Shown here one piece after another: positions 1 through 7,650 of a stretch of 12,380 nucleotides of DNA (within the stretch, counting starts at the first letter, position 1; each line of letters starts with the position of its first letter). The translations under genes were made by a program, and so were the position numbers. The notes beneath the pieces are model-generated. The model had not been told where the DNA came from. It worked only from the letters and a program-made list of their open reading frames with translations, and ran no database searches. The DNA is from Candidatus Eiseniibacteriota bacterium (GTDB lineage Bacteria > Eisenbacteria > RBG-16-71-46): contig JANLWX010000125.1 of NCBI GenBank assembly GCA_031364845.1, positions 1 through 12,380 on the forward strand, written 5' to 3'.

Positions 1-573
1 GTCCTGGGCGTTGCCCTCGCCGTGCAGGCGCATGCCGCGGGTGTCGTTTGCGGGACGGTGCGTAACTCCGTTACCGGGAACCCCGTCGTGGGCGCCGGGA
101 ACTTCATCCGGCAGACCACGGGGCAGTACACCGGCTACAACGGCGCCACCGACGCCACGGGGCACTACTGCGTCGGCGGCATCCCGGCGGGCACGTACGA
201 TCTCGAGGTGCGCCTCGACGACTATCAAGTGGCGTATCGCCGTAACGTCGTGGTGAACAACGTGACGACCAGCGTCGACGTCGACGCCCGGTTCATGACG
301 AGCACCCTGTCACCACCGTGGCCCAATCCAGGCCGCGCGAGTGTCAGCTTCCGCATGCGCATCCGCGACACCGGTTCGATCGACCTTACCGTCGTCGATG
401 CGAACGGACGCCTGATGAAGGGCTGGGCGGGACTCGCCGGGGCGGGCGAGGAGCGAACGATTACGTGGGACTTTCGTGATGCAGCGGGGCGCCGCGTGCC
501 GGCGGGCCGTTACTTCGTGAGACTGAACGCCGGCGACCGGTCAGTCTCCCGCGCATTTGCGCGCATTCCATAA
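1..573 (+). CDS. Secreted protein (5' partial): carboxypeptidase-regulatory-like beta-sandwich plus C-terminal FlgD-Ig/T9SS-CTD-like domain
   Basis: Frame 1 is open from base 1 (VLGVALAVQAHA-AG, which looks like the end of a signal peptide), so the start lies upstream of the window. GTVRNSVTGNPVVGA...TDATGHYCVGGIPAGTYDLEV is a CarboxypepD_reg-like pattern. The C-terminus PWPNPGR...VVDANGRLMK...WDFRDAAGRRVPAGRYFVRL is an FlgD-Ig/CTD pattern. Stop TAA at 571-573. Confidence 0.8.
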   Translation, partial: VLGVALAVQAHAAGVVCGTVRNSVTGNPVVGAGNFIRQTTGQYTGYNGATDATGHYCVGGIPAGTYDLEVRLDDYQVAYRRNVVVNNVTTSVDVDARFMTSTLSPPWPNPGRASVSFRMRIRDTGSIDLTVVDANGRLMKGWAGLAGAGEERTITWDFRDAAGRRVPAGRYFVRLNAGDRSVSRAFARIP

Positions 574-588
574 CGAGGAGCACCGACG

Positions 589-2943
589 ATGCGCGCATTC
601 CTTCGAACAACTACCGCCGGCCCGCTCTCGGCCCTTGCAACCGTCTCGACATGCCTGCTGCTCGCGCTCCAGGCCGGATGCGGGAACGTCGACCGGAATA
701 CGTTGGCACCGCTGCCTGCGTCGCCGAGCGCGACCATCGCGGGATCGGCGCACGCAGCGGGCGGCGCCGGACTGCAGGGCGTGGTCGTCACGCTCGAAGC
801 GATCGACGGCGATGTGTCGGCAAGTGTGCAGCGCACTATCAGCCAGCTGGGATCGTCGGCGAAGAGTCTGAAGGCCGGTGTCTCGCCGCTCGGCAGTGCG
901 GCCGTCGCCACGCCGAGCCGCTCGGCGGTCACGGATGCCGGTGGCCGATTCGCGTTTACCAACGTGTCGCCCGGCACGTATCTCATGACCGGTATCGCGC
1001 AGAACCACATCGCAGGCGTCGCGCGCTCGACGGTGAAGCCGCTCGCGTCCCCCTCGGCGGTCGAAACGACGTTCGTCGACATCGCGATGATGCCGACCGG
1101 CAAGTTCTACGGGACGGTCACACTCGAGAATGCGACGAACCACCAGAGCACCGTCGTCTATGTGGACGGCAGCTCGTACGTCGCGGTTACGAACGCGGCC
1201 GGCGCCTACCTGATCGAGGGCGTGCCGGTGGGCAACTGGACCGTGCGCGGCACGCACCCCGGTTACCTCGACCGCTCGGTCAACGGGTCGATCGGGGCGG
1301 CGGGCGACAGTCTTCCGCTCGCCTCGTTCCAGCTGCCGCTCAACTCGAACATCCCGCCGACCGCCAACCCCGCCGCGCCGACTTCGCCGGTCGCGCACAC
1401 GCTCACGGGACTCTCGGGATCGGCGAGCGATGCCGACGGTTCGATCGTCCGCTACGAATGGGACTTCACGAACGACGGCACGTTCGACTACACGAGCCCG
1501 TCCACGGCGAGCACCACCCACGACTACGGAACGTCCGGAACCTACACAGCCAAGCTGCGCGTGACCGACAACGACGGCGCGATCGGGCTCGCGGTCGTGA
1601 CGGTGAACGTGGTCGACGGCGTGTTCGTTTCGGCCACCGGCAACGATGGTAACCCCGGCACGTACGACCAGCCCGTGCAGACGATCGGCATGGGTTTCAC
1701 GCTCGCGGGGATCTTCAACCGCACATACATCTACATCGCGACGGGCACGTACAACGAGACGCCGTCCTTCCCGGTCGGAACGGAGGTGCGCGGCGGCATG
1801 ACGACCGGCACCACGTGGACGCAGACGCTGGGCAACTACAGCATCGTCAACGTCGGCACAACGCCGGCGACCGTGTCGGGCGCGAATATTGCCACGCGAG
1901 TGAGCGGTCTCGATATCCGCGCCAGCAATCAGGTGACGGCCGGCGCCACGTCGATCGCCGTCAGCATTTCGAACAGCACGTCGGCGCTGCTCTTCTACGA
2001 CTGCAAGTTCACCGCGGGTAACGGTGCCGCGGGGATTTCGAAGTCGCCGGGCGCCAGCGGCGGCCACGCTTCCGGCGCACCCGGTCAGGCCGGCGGAATC
2101 GGTGGCGTTCCGGGTGGCGGCAACGGCGGCGGCGGTGCCGGTGGCGGTGGACCGGGCAGCAACGGCGGCTTCGGTACGACGGGCGGCAATTCGTGCGGCG
2201 GTAGCAATAGCGGCGGAAACGGTGGCAACAACGTCCAGTGCAGCAACGGCGGTACGGGAGGCAATGGGATCAACTTCTGCCCTGCAGTGGATGGATCGAA
2301 CGGCGCTGCATTGAGCAGCTTCGGCCAGACCGTCAGCGGTGTCTGGAATCCCGCGGCCGGCAACAACGGCGTCAACGGCCAGGGTGGTGCAGGCGGCGGC
2401 GGTGGTGGCGGCGGCGGCGGGTCATCGTCGAACGGATTCTGTCCCGCCAACGGAACGGGCGGCGCCGGCGGGGGCGGTGGCGGTGGTGGTGGGTACGGCG
2501 CCGGCGGAGCTGGAGGAAATGGCGGCGGCGCTTCGTTCGCGGTGTTCCTGTACAACGCGCTGCCCTCGTTCACCAATTGCTACTTCACGTCGAAGAACGG
2601 CGGCAACGGCGGCAACGGTGGCTCCGGCGGCTTGTACGGCAACCCGGGCAGTGGCGCGGGTGGCGCGACGGGCACCGGGACGTCCACGATCGGCGGAACC
2701 GGTGGAACCGGAGCGACCGGCATTCGCGGTGGCGGCGGCGGCGCGGGCGGCGGTGGCGCGGGTGGCATCACCGCGTGCCTCGGGCTCGCCGGTATTTCCG
2801 GCGGCACGTTCGACAGCAACTCGTACACCGTGGGCCTGCCCGGCAACGGCGGCACGGGCGGTGTTCATCCGGTCACGTTCGTTCAGGCGCCGACCGGGCT
2901 AACGGGGAGTGCTTCGCAGACGGTGACGTTGTCGGGGAATTAG
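589..2943 (+). CDS. Surface lipoprotein: two carboxypeptidase-regulatory-like domains, PKD domain, DUF1565-like/beta-helix start, long glycine-rich (PGRS-like) C-terminal region; 784 aa
   Basis: RBS GAGGAG at 575-580. Lipobox-like LLLALQAG-C. Domain motifs: VTDAGGRFAFTNVSPGTY and VTNAAGAYLIEGVPVGNW (carboxypeptidase-regulatory); SDADGSIVRYEWDFTNDG...HDYGTSGTYTAKLRVTDNDG (PKD); VFVSATGNDGNPGTYDQPVQTI (DUF1565-like). GGxGG runs from about 2015 to the end. Confidence 0.85.
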   Translation: MRAFLRTTTAGPLSALATVSTCLLLALQAGCGNVDRNTLAPLPASPSATIAGSAHAAGGAGLQGVVVTLEAIDGDVSASVQRTISQLGSSAKSLKAGVSPLGSAAVATPSRSAVTDAGGRFAFTNVSPGTYLMTGIAQNHIAGVARSTVKPLASPSAVETTFVDIAMMPTGKFYGTVTLENATNHQSTVVYVDGSSYVAVTNAAGAYLIEGVPVGNWTVRGTHPGYLDRSVNGSIGAAGDSLPLASFQLPLNSNIPPTANPAAPTSPVAHTLTGLSGSASDADGSIVRYEWDFTNDGTFDYTSPSTASTTHDYGTSGTYTAKLRVTDNDGAIGLAVVTVNVVDGVFVSATGNDGNPGTYDQPVQTIGMGFTLAGIFNRTYIYIATGTYNETPSFPVGTEVRGGMTTGTTWTQTLGNYSIVNVGTTPATVSGANIATRVSGLDIRASNQVTAGATSIAVSISNSTSALLFYDCKFTAGNGAAGISKSPGASGGHASGAPGQAGGIGGVPGGGNGGGGAGGGGPGSNGGFGTTGGNSCGGSNSGGNGGNNVQCSNGGTGGNGINFCPAVDGSNGAALSSFGQTVSGVWNPAAGNNGVNGQGGAGGGGGGGGGGSSSNGFCPANGTGGAGGGGGGGGGYGAGGAGGNGGGASFAVFLYNALPSFTNCYFTSKNGGNGGNGGSGGLYGNPGSGAGGATGTGTSTIGGTGGTGATGIRGGGGGAGGGGAGGITACLGLAGISGGTFDSNSYTVGLPGNGGTGGVHPVTFVQAPTGLTGSASQTVTLSGN

Positions 2944-2968
2944 GCGCGGCGAATCGCAACACTCCACA

Positions 2969-3005
2969 TCGGGCGCGGCTCCGGGGTTCTCGGGGCCGCG
3001 CCCGA
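2969..3005 (+). terminator. GC-rich stem-loop, probable intrinsic terminator or RNA-stabilising hairpin after the lipoprotein gene
   Basis: TCGGGCGCGGCTCCGGG-gtt-CTCGGGGCCGCGCCCGA forms a 17-bp stem with two G-U pairs, starting 25 nt after the stop codon. Only a weak U tract follows (ATGGTTTC). Confidence 0.55.
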
Positions 3006-3068
3006 ATGGTTTCACGGGTGAACGCGGGGTGGGACGGCGAAGGACGAGCAGCGTGAGACAATAACGGC

Positions 3069-3854
3069 GTGAACCTGATCTTGCTCACCGAGTCCGACCG
3101 CGTGGACGGCGCGCACTTCCGCCTCACCGGTCCCCGGGCGAAGCACATCGCAGAGGTGCTGCGCGCGGAGCCCGGCCGCGAACTGCGCGTCGGGCTGCTC
3201 GAAGGGCCGCTGGGGCAGGGGACCGTTGTCGCGACGACGCAGGACGCTGCCGACCTCGACTGCGCGTTCGACGAGGTACCGCCGCCGCGCCCACGGACCG
3301 ACCTCGTCCTCGCGATCCCGCGCGCCAAGTCGCTACGAAAACTCCTCCCCGAGGTGACGGCACTCGGGATCGACCGTCTCGTTCTGTTCCGGAGTTGGCG
3401 GGTCGCGAAGCCGTACCTGACGCAGACGATTCTCGACCCGGCAGAGTACCGTCCGCTGCTGCACGACGGGCTGATGCAGGCGAAGTGCACGCGCGAGCCG
3501 GTCGTCAGCGTCGAACCGCTCTTCAAGCCGTTCGTGGAGGACCGCTTGCCCGGATTCACCGCGGGAGCGATGAAGCTGGTCGCACACCCAAGTGCATCGG
3601 AGTCGCTCGCCTCGATCCGCCTCGGCGAAAACGATCGCGTCGTCCTCGCCGTCGGCCCCGAAGGTGGCTTCGTTCCATATGAAGTCGAGGCGTTCCGGGC
3701 CGCCGGGTTCACGGCCGTCTCGATGGGGGACCGGACGCTCCGGGTTGAGACGGCGTGCGTGGCGCTGCTCGCTCAGATCGAGCTGCTGCGGCACGCGGGG
3801 AACCTCTCGGCCCAGAATCGTGCTCAGGTCGAAGTCACCGAGGCTTCCGAGTAG
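3069..3854 (+). CDS. rsmE: 16S rRNA (uracil(1498)-N3)-methyltransferase (SPOUT family)
   Basis: KHIAEVLR, LVLAIPRAK, VTALGIDRL and the SPOUT knot motifs LAVGPEGGF and SMGDRTLRVETA. GTG start, 261 aa. Confidence 0.93.
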   Translation: MNLILLTESDRVDGAHFRLTGPRAKHIAEVLRAEPGRELRVGLLEGPLGQGTVVATTQDAADLDCAFDEVPPPRPRTDLVLAIPRAKSLRKLLPEVTALGIDRLVLFRSWRVAKPYLTQTILDPAEYRPLLHDGLMQAKCTREPVVSVEPLFKPFVEDRLPGFTAGAMKLVAHPSASESLASIRLGENDRVVLAVGPEGGFVPYEVEAFRAAGFTAVSMGDRTLRVETACVALLAQIELLRHAGNLSAQNRAQVEVTEASE

Positions 3855-3913
3855 CTCGCCTTTCGCCCCGATCCAGGAATGGCGGCTGGCCGTGAAGAAC
3901 GTCGTCTAGTGCG

Positions 3914-4216
3914 TCACTGGTACTTCTCTCCCCGCACCACGTGCACTTCCGCCACCCAGGCGACCAGCGCGTAGTGGGGGAAGTACCGCACGGCGAGCGC
4001 CTCGAGGATGCGCTCGGCAACCGCGTCCGTCACCACGACCTCGATCCGCAGGTTGTCGCCCTGCACGAGTCCCGACCTCATGTCGCGGGACCCTTCGCCC
4101 TGCGCATCGACCATGGTCCAGCCCTTCGCCCCCAATGCGAGCAGTTCCGCAGGGAGGCGTTCGGAGAGGACGGTCTCGCCCACGATCGTGACCAGCTTGA
4201 GGGGGACTGTGTGCAT
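3914..4216 (-). CDS. sbtB: P-II-like regulator, SbtB type
   Basis: 100 aa. KLVTIVGETVLSERL...GAKGWTMVDAQGEGSR...NLRIEVVV matches the SbtB/P-II pattern. It starts 1 nt after the sbtA stop (TGA-A-ATG), with a GGAGG RBS inside the end of sbtA. Confidence 0.85.
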   Translation of the reverse strand: MHTVPLKLVTIVGETVLSERLPAELLALGAKGWTMVDAQGEGSRDMRSGLVQGDNLRIEVVVTDAVAERILEALAVRYFPHYALVAWVAEVHVVRGEKYQ

Positions 4217-4217
4217 T

Positions 4218-5186
4218 TCAGCCTCCGTGTATGGCTCGCGCGATGGAGTAGTAGATCGGGATCCCGAACAGGACGTTGAACGGGAACGTGATCGCGAGGG
4301 ACGAGGTCAGGTAGTAGGTCGGATTCGCGGTCGGAAGATTCATGCGCGCCGCGGGCGGCGCCGCGATGTACGAGGCGCTCGCGGCCATGGCGCCGAGCAT
4401 CGTGCATCCGCCCACCGAGAGTCCGGACAGCTTTCCAAGGAGTACGCCGAGCGTTCCATGTGCAATCGGCATGAGTACGCCGAACGCACACAGGAACCAT
4501 CCGACCTTGCGCAAGTCCGAGATGCGGTCCGCGGCGAGGATCCCCATCTCGAGCAGGAACAAGGTGAGTGCTCCCTTGAAGCCGCCGTCGAAGAAGGGGC
4601 CAACGGCCTTCCAGTGCTGCTCGCCCATCAGCAGCCCGACAATGAGCCCTCCGACCAGGAGGATCATCGTGCGCCCGGTGAGCACCTCGTGAAGGGTCTC
4701 GCGGACGGGCCGGCCACCCCCGGTCTGAAGCACGCCGATCGCGAGCGCGATATGGATCCCCGGGCTCTCGAGCAGCGTGAGAAGCGTGGGCATGAATCCT
4801 TCGGGTGTCTGGCCCATGGCCGTCACGAAGTTCTGCGCGGCGATGTAGGTCACGGCGGACACCGAGCCGTAATGTGCGGCGATGGCTGCGGAGTTGGCCG
4901 CATCGAAGCGGCCCATGTGCCGCAGCACCAGGTACGACGTGACCGGCGTGATGCATCCCAGCAGCAGCGTGACGGCCGCGGGTCCAGCAAATTGATGCGG
5001 GGAGGCGTGGCTCAGTTCCACGCCTCCTTTGAGCCCTAGCGCGAACAGCAAGTAGATGGAGAGTGAGGCATACAGATCCTTAGGCAGCCGGAACTCACTC
5101 CTGATCAGGCGAGCAAGCACGCCGAGCGCAAACGCCAGGACAACGGGCGAGAGCAGGTTCGTCGCCAGGATCTGAGAATTGCTCAC
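4218..5186 (-). CDS. sbtA: Sodium-dependent bicarbonate transport family permease (SbtA/DUF897)
   Basis: 322 aa, highly hydrophobic. Family motifs LSIYLLFALGLKGG, AAHYGSVSAVTY, LLESPGI, FLLEMG, ASASYIAAP, SLAITFPFN. The GTG start overlaps the carbonic anhydrase stop (GTGA). Confidence 0.92.
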   Translation of the reverse strand: MSNSQILATNLLSPVVLAFALGVLARLIRSEFRLPKDLYASLSIYLLFALGLKGGVELSHASPHQFAGPAAVTLLLGCITPVTSYLVLRHMGRFDAANSAAIAAHYGSVSAVTYIAAQNFVTAMGQTPEGFMPTLLTLLESPGIHIALAIGVLQTGGGRPVRETLHEVLTGRTMILLVGGLIVGLLMGEQHWKAVGPFFDGGFKGALTLFLLEMGILAADRISDLRKVGWFLCAFGVLMPIAHGTLGVLLGKLSGLSVGGCTMLGAMAASASYIAAPPAARMNLPTANPTYYLTSSLAITFPFNVLFGIPIYYSIARAIHGG

Positions 5187-5857
5187 CTTGACGGGTTTGC
5201 CGGAATGGCCGTCACCACGCCGGTGTCGAGATCGTATACGCCGCCCGCAATCTCAACGCTTCCATCCTGGATCGCGTTCGCGACGATGGGCCCTGCCCCC
5301 TTGAGTTGCGCAACGACGGCCGCGACGTTCTGGCGCGCCGCTCGCTCCAGCGACTCGGGCGTGGCCGTCTCGGGTCCGCCCACGGCAGGTTCGATTGCCT
5401 CGAGGACCTTGCCGATGCTGCCGGGCACTTCGGTGTGCTCGAGCGCTGCCTGTACGGCGCCGCAACGTTCGTGACCGAGCACGAGGATCGACCCGGCGCC
5501 GAGCTTCGCGAGGGCGAACTCGATGCTCCCGAGTGCCACATCGTCCACGACGTGGCCCGCAGTGCGCACCACGAAGAGATCCCCGACCCCCTGGTCGAAC
5601 AGGAGTTCTGGAACGACGCGTGAGTCGGAGCAACTGACGATCACCGCGAACGGCTTCTGCTTTGCGGCGACCTCCTGCCTGCGCTGGCTGGACCGGTTTG
5701 GCCCCTTTGGCTTGCCGGCTGAGAAGCGCTCGTTGCCTTGCATGAGTCGTGTGATGCCGCCGGCCGGGCCTGCGGCCGGCGCAGCTCCGGCTGAAGCCGG
5801 ATGGGGCAGGGTCGTCAGCGAAAGAAGGGCGACGGCAATCAGGGCACGAGTCTTCAT
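5183..5857 (-). CDS. Beta-class carbonic anhydrase with N-terminal Sec signal peptide (predicted periplasmic)
   Basis: Zn-ligand motifs CSDSR and HERCG, plus LMQGNERF, QKPFAVIV and GDLFVVRTAG. N-terminus MKTRALIAVALLSLTTLPHPASA is a basic + hydrophobic + AxA signal peptide. The ATG overlaps the purK stop (TGATG). Confidence 0.93.
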   Translation of the reverse strand: MKTRALIAVALLSLTTLPHPASAGAAPAAGPAGGITRLMQGNERFSAGKPKGPNRSSQRRQEVAAKQKPFAVIVSCSDSRVVPELLFDQGVGDLFVVRTAGHVVDDVALGSIEFALAKLGAGSILVLGHERCGAVQAALEHTEVPGSIGKVLEAIEPAVGGPETATPESLERAARQNVAAVVAQLKGAGPIVANAIQDGSVEIAGGVYDLDTGVVTAIPANPSR

Positions 5858-6975
5858 CAGCGGATCCTTTCCATTTCGGGAGTGTGTGTCTTCATCTCGT
5901 GTTCGAAGTGCTTCATCCGCTCCAGCACCAGCGCCGGGGCGGCGGCGTTAAACGTGACGTGGCCGACCTTGCGGCCTTCCCGCGGGGCCTTGCCATAAAC
6001 GTGCACGTGAGCGTCGCTCACCGACAGGACACGATGGAGGCGCGGGATCTCGCCCAGCAGATTCACGAGACCGCTGTGTCCTCGTGGTTCAGTGGATCCC
6101 AGCGGGAGGCCGGTGACGGCGCGCACATGGTTCTCGAACTGACTCGTGACGGCGCCCTCGATCGTCCAGTGCCCGGAGTTGTGCACGCGCGGCGCGAGTT
6201 CGTTCACGACCAGCCGGCCCTCGTGCTCGAAGCACTCGATCGTGAGCACACCCACATAGTCGAGGGCCCCGAGAACACGCACCGCAAGCGCTTCCGCCTC
6301 GAGGCGGAGGGCCTCGGACACTTCGGGAGCAGGCGCGAGCGCGCTTGCGAGTACGCCGCGCGATTGACGCGTCTCAACCAGCGGATAGATTCGGATCTCG
6401 CCATTGAGCGCCCTGACGGCGATGACCGCCAGTTCGCGCTGGAAGGGGACGCGCTTTTCAAGCACAGCCGGCCGCCGGCCGATGGCGTCCCATGCTCGCT
6501 CGGCAGCGGCTCGTGATTCGATCGCGACCTGGCCGCGCCCGTCATAGCCCTCACGCCGTATCTTGAGAATCGCAGACGTTCCCAGCCGTTCGATCGCCAC
6601 TCGAAGCGTGGTGAGGTCATTCACTTCGGCGAACTCGGCAACACGAGCCCCGAGGCCGAGCATGAAGTGCTTTTCTTCGAGCCGGTCGCTTGCGGTCCGG
6701 CACGCCCGCAGGCAGGGGCGCACGGGGAGCCTCGTCTCGAGCCACTCCAGGGCGTCGGGCTCGACGTGCTCAAACTCGTAAGTGACGACATCGAGCCCGT
6801 CAGCAAAACGGGCCCACGCGTCGGGGTCGCGGTATTCACCCCGAACGTGCTCGCCGACCGCCGCGGCCGCTGGTTCGGGGGAAGGGTCCAGGAATCGAAA
6901 TCGAAACCCGAGTGGCAGTCCCGCCAGCGCGAGCATCCTGCCCAACTGTCCACCGCCGAGCACACCGATGGTCAT
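5857..6975 (-). CDS. purK: N5-carboxyaminoimidazole ribonucleotide synthase (ATP-grasp)
   Basis: MTIGVLGGGQLGRML, VVTYEFEHV, DRLEEK, GYDGRGQ, NELAPRVHNSGHWT, SQFENHVRA, YGKAPREGRKVGHV. The real start is ATG 6975 (or the adjacent GTG 6978), preceded by GGAGGAGG and overlapping the purE stop. The 7368 start in the ORF track is over-extended. Confidence 0.96.
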   Translation of the reverse strand: MTIGVLGGGQLGRMLALAGLPLGFRFRFLDPSPEPAAAAVGEHVRGEYRDPDAWARFADGLDVVTYEFEHVEPDALEWLETRLPVRPCLRACRTASDRLEEKHFMLGLGARVAEFAEVNDLTTLRVAIERLGTSAILKIRREGYDGRGQVAIESRAAAERAWDAIGRRPAVLEKRVPFQRELAVIAVRALNGEIRIYPLVETRQSRGVLASALAPAPEVSEALRLEAEALAVRVLGALDYVGVLTIECFEHEGRLVVNELAPRVHNSGHWTIEGAVTSQFENHVRAVTGLPLGSTEPRGHSGLVNLLGEIPRLHRVLSVSDAHVHVYGKAPREGRKVGHVTFNAAAPALVLERMKHFEHEMKTHTPEMERIR

Positions 6976-7502
6976 CACGAAACGGCCTCCTCCGTCGGGT
7001 GGAAGGGGACCGAAGCCGTGAGCGCCTCGCGATGCTTCCGCAATGCCTGGCGCGCCCATGGGTACCGAATCCCGAGCATGGCCGTTGCGAGGAGTGCGGC
7101 GTTGATTGCTCCTGCGCGGCCGATGGCCACAGTCCCGACCGGCACGCCGGCGGGCATCTGGACGATCGAGAGCAATGCATCGATGCCGCCCAGGCCGGTT
7201 GCGTTCACGGGCACTCCGAGCACGGGCAGCAGGGTCTTCGCAGACAGCATGCCCGGCAGGTGCGCCGCCCCGCCAGCACCCGCGATCAGCACCTCGATGC
7301 CTCGCGACTCGGCGGACTCCGCATAGGAGAAGAGGCGGTCCGGGGTCCGGTGGGCGGAAAGGATGCAAGCCTCGAACGGGACATCGAGCGAGCGAAGCGT
7401 GTCCGCTGCGGCCTGAAGGACCTCCCAGTCGGATCGAGAGCCCATGACCACTCCGACCAGGGGGCCGGTCGCCGCGCTTTGACTCGACTCGGAAGGTTCC
7501 AC
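6975..7502 (-). CDS. purE: N5-carboxyaminoimidazole ribonucleotide mutase (class I PurE)
   Basis: VGVVMGSRSD, SAHRTPD, AGAGGAAHLPGM (class I-type loop), PVLGVP, LLSIVQMPAGVPV, GAINAALLA. Start placed at GTG 7502 (175 aa, GAGAG upstream); the exact start is uncertain. Confidence 0.95.
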   Translation of the reverse strand: MEPSESSQSAATGPLVGVVMGSRSDWEVLQAAADTLRSLDVPFEACILSAHRTPDRLFSYAESAESRGIEVLIAGAGGAAHLPGMLSAKTLLPVLGVPVNATGLGGIDALLSIVQMPAGVPVGTVAIGRAGAINAALLATAMLGIRYPWARQALRKHREALTASVPFHPTEEAVS

Positions 7503-7552
7503 GACACTCTCATAAGGGGCAGGATGGGCGAAGTGGGCAAGGCCCCAACGGC

Positions 7553-7582
7553 TTGGCAGCACCGAGGCATGCGGAGTATAAT
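7553..7582 (+). promoter_or_regulatory. sigma70-like promoter for the winged-helix regulator gene
   Basis: TTGGCA (7553-7558), 18-bp spacer, perfect TATAAT (7577-7582), in an AT-rich patch of otherwise GC-rich DNA. Confidence 0.6.
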
Positions 7583-7606
7583 ACGCTCGCGTTTACACGA
7601 AGTCAA
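7578..7606 (-). promoter_or_regulatory. sigma70-like promoter for the purE-purK-CA-sbtA-sbtB operon
   Basis: On the minus strand: TTGACT (7606-7601), 17-bp spacer, TATTAT (7583-7578). Both hexamers are 5/6 matches to consensus. Confidence 0.65.
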
Positions 7607-7615
7607 TGTCGTGTA
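7594..7615. promoter_or_regulatory. Palindromic operator candidate TACACGA-N8-TCGTGTA
   Basis: Perfect 7-bp inverted repeat (7594-7600 and 7609-7615). Its 8-nt spacer contains the minus-strand -35 hexamer, and it lies just downstream of the predicted plus-strand start site. Confidence 0.6.
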
Positions 7616-7650
7616 TCACGCATCGCGTTATGCATTCGGGAGGGACCACG

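Noticed and set aside
541..2067. Long ORFs overlapping real genes (541-2067 -, 651-1652 +, 4008-5039 +, 6912-8171 +, 9376-10755 -, 10809-12005 -)
   Set aside because: Arg/Ala/Pro-rich shadow frames expected in high-GC DNA. They have no recognisable motifs and overlap well-supported genes.
2050..2860. GGC-rich low-complexity DNA as a tandem repeat or CRISPR-like array
   Set aside because: Fully explained by glycine codons in the lipoprotein; no fixed repeat-spacer periodicity.
3069..3854. rsmE as part of the bicarbonate cassette
   Set aside because: It is a housekeeping gene on the opposite strand, convergent with sbtB, with no evident functional link.
6976..7368. Apparent N-terminal extension of PurK (503-aa ORF), suggesting a PurE-PurK fusion or frameshift
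   Set aside because: The extension is an alternative frame of purE. PurK has its own GGAGGAGG RBS and start at 6975/6978, and purE has a normal stop.
7503..7575. Purine-related riboswitch (ZTP, PRPP, guanine) in the purE leader
   Set aside because: The predicted leader is only about 70 nt and I see no conserved aptamer motifs, just a 5-bp GGGGC/GCCCC pairing. An Rfam scan would settle it.
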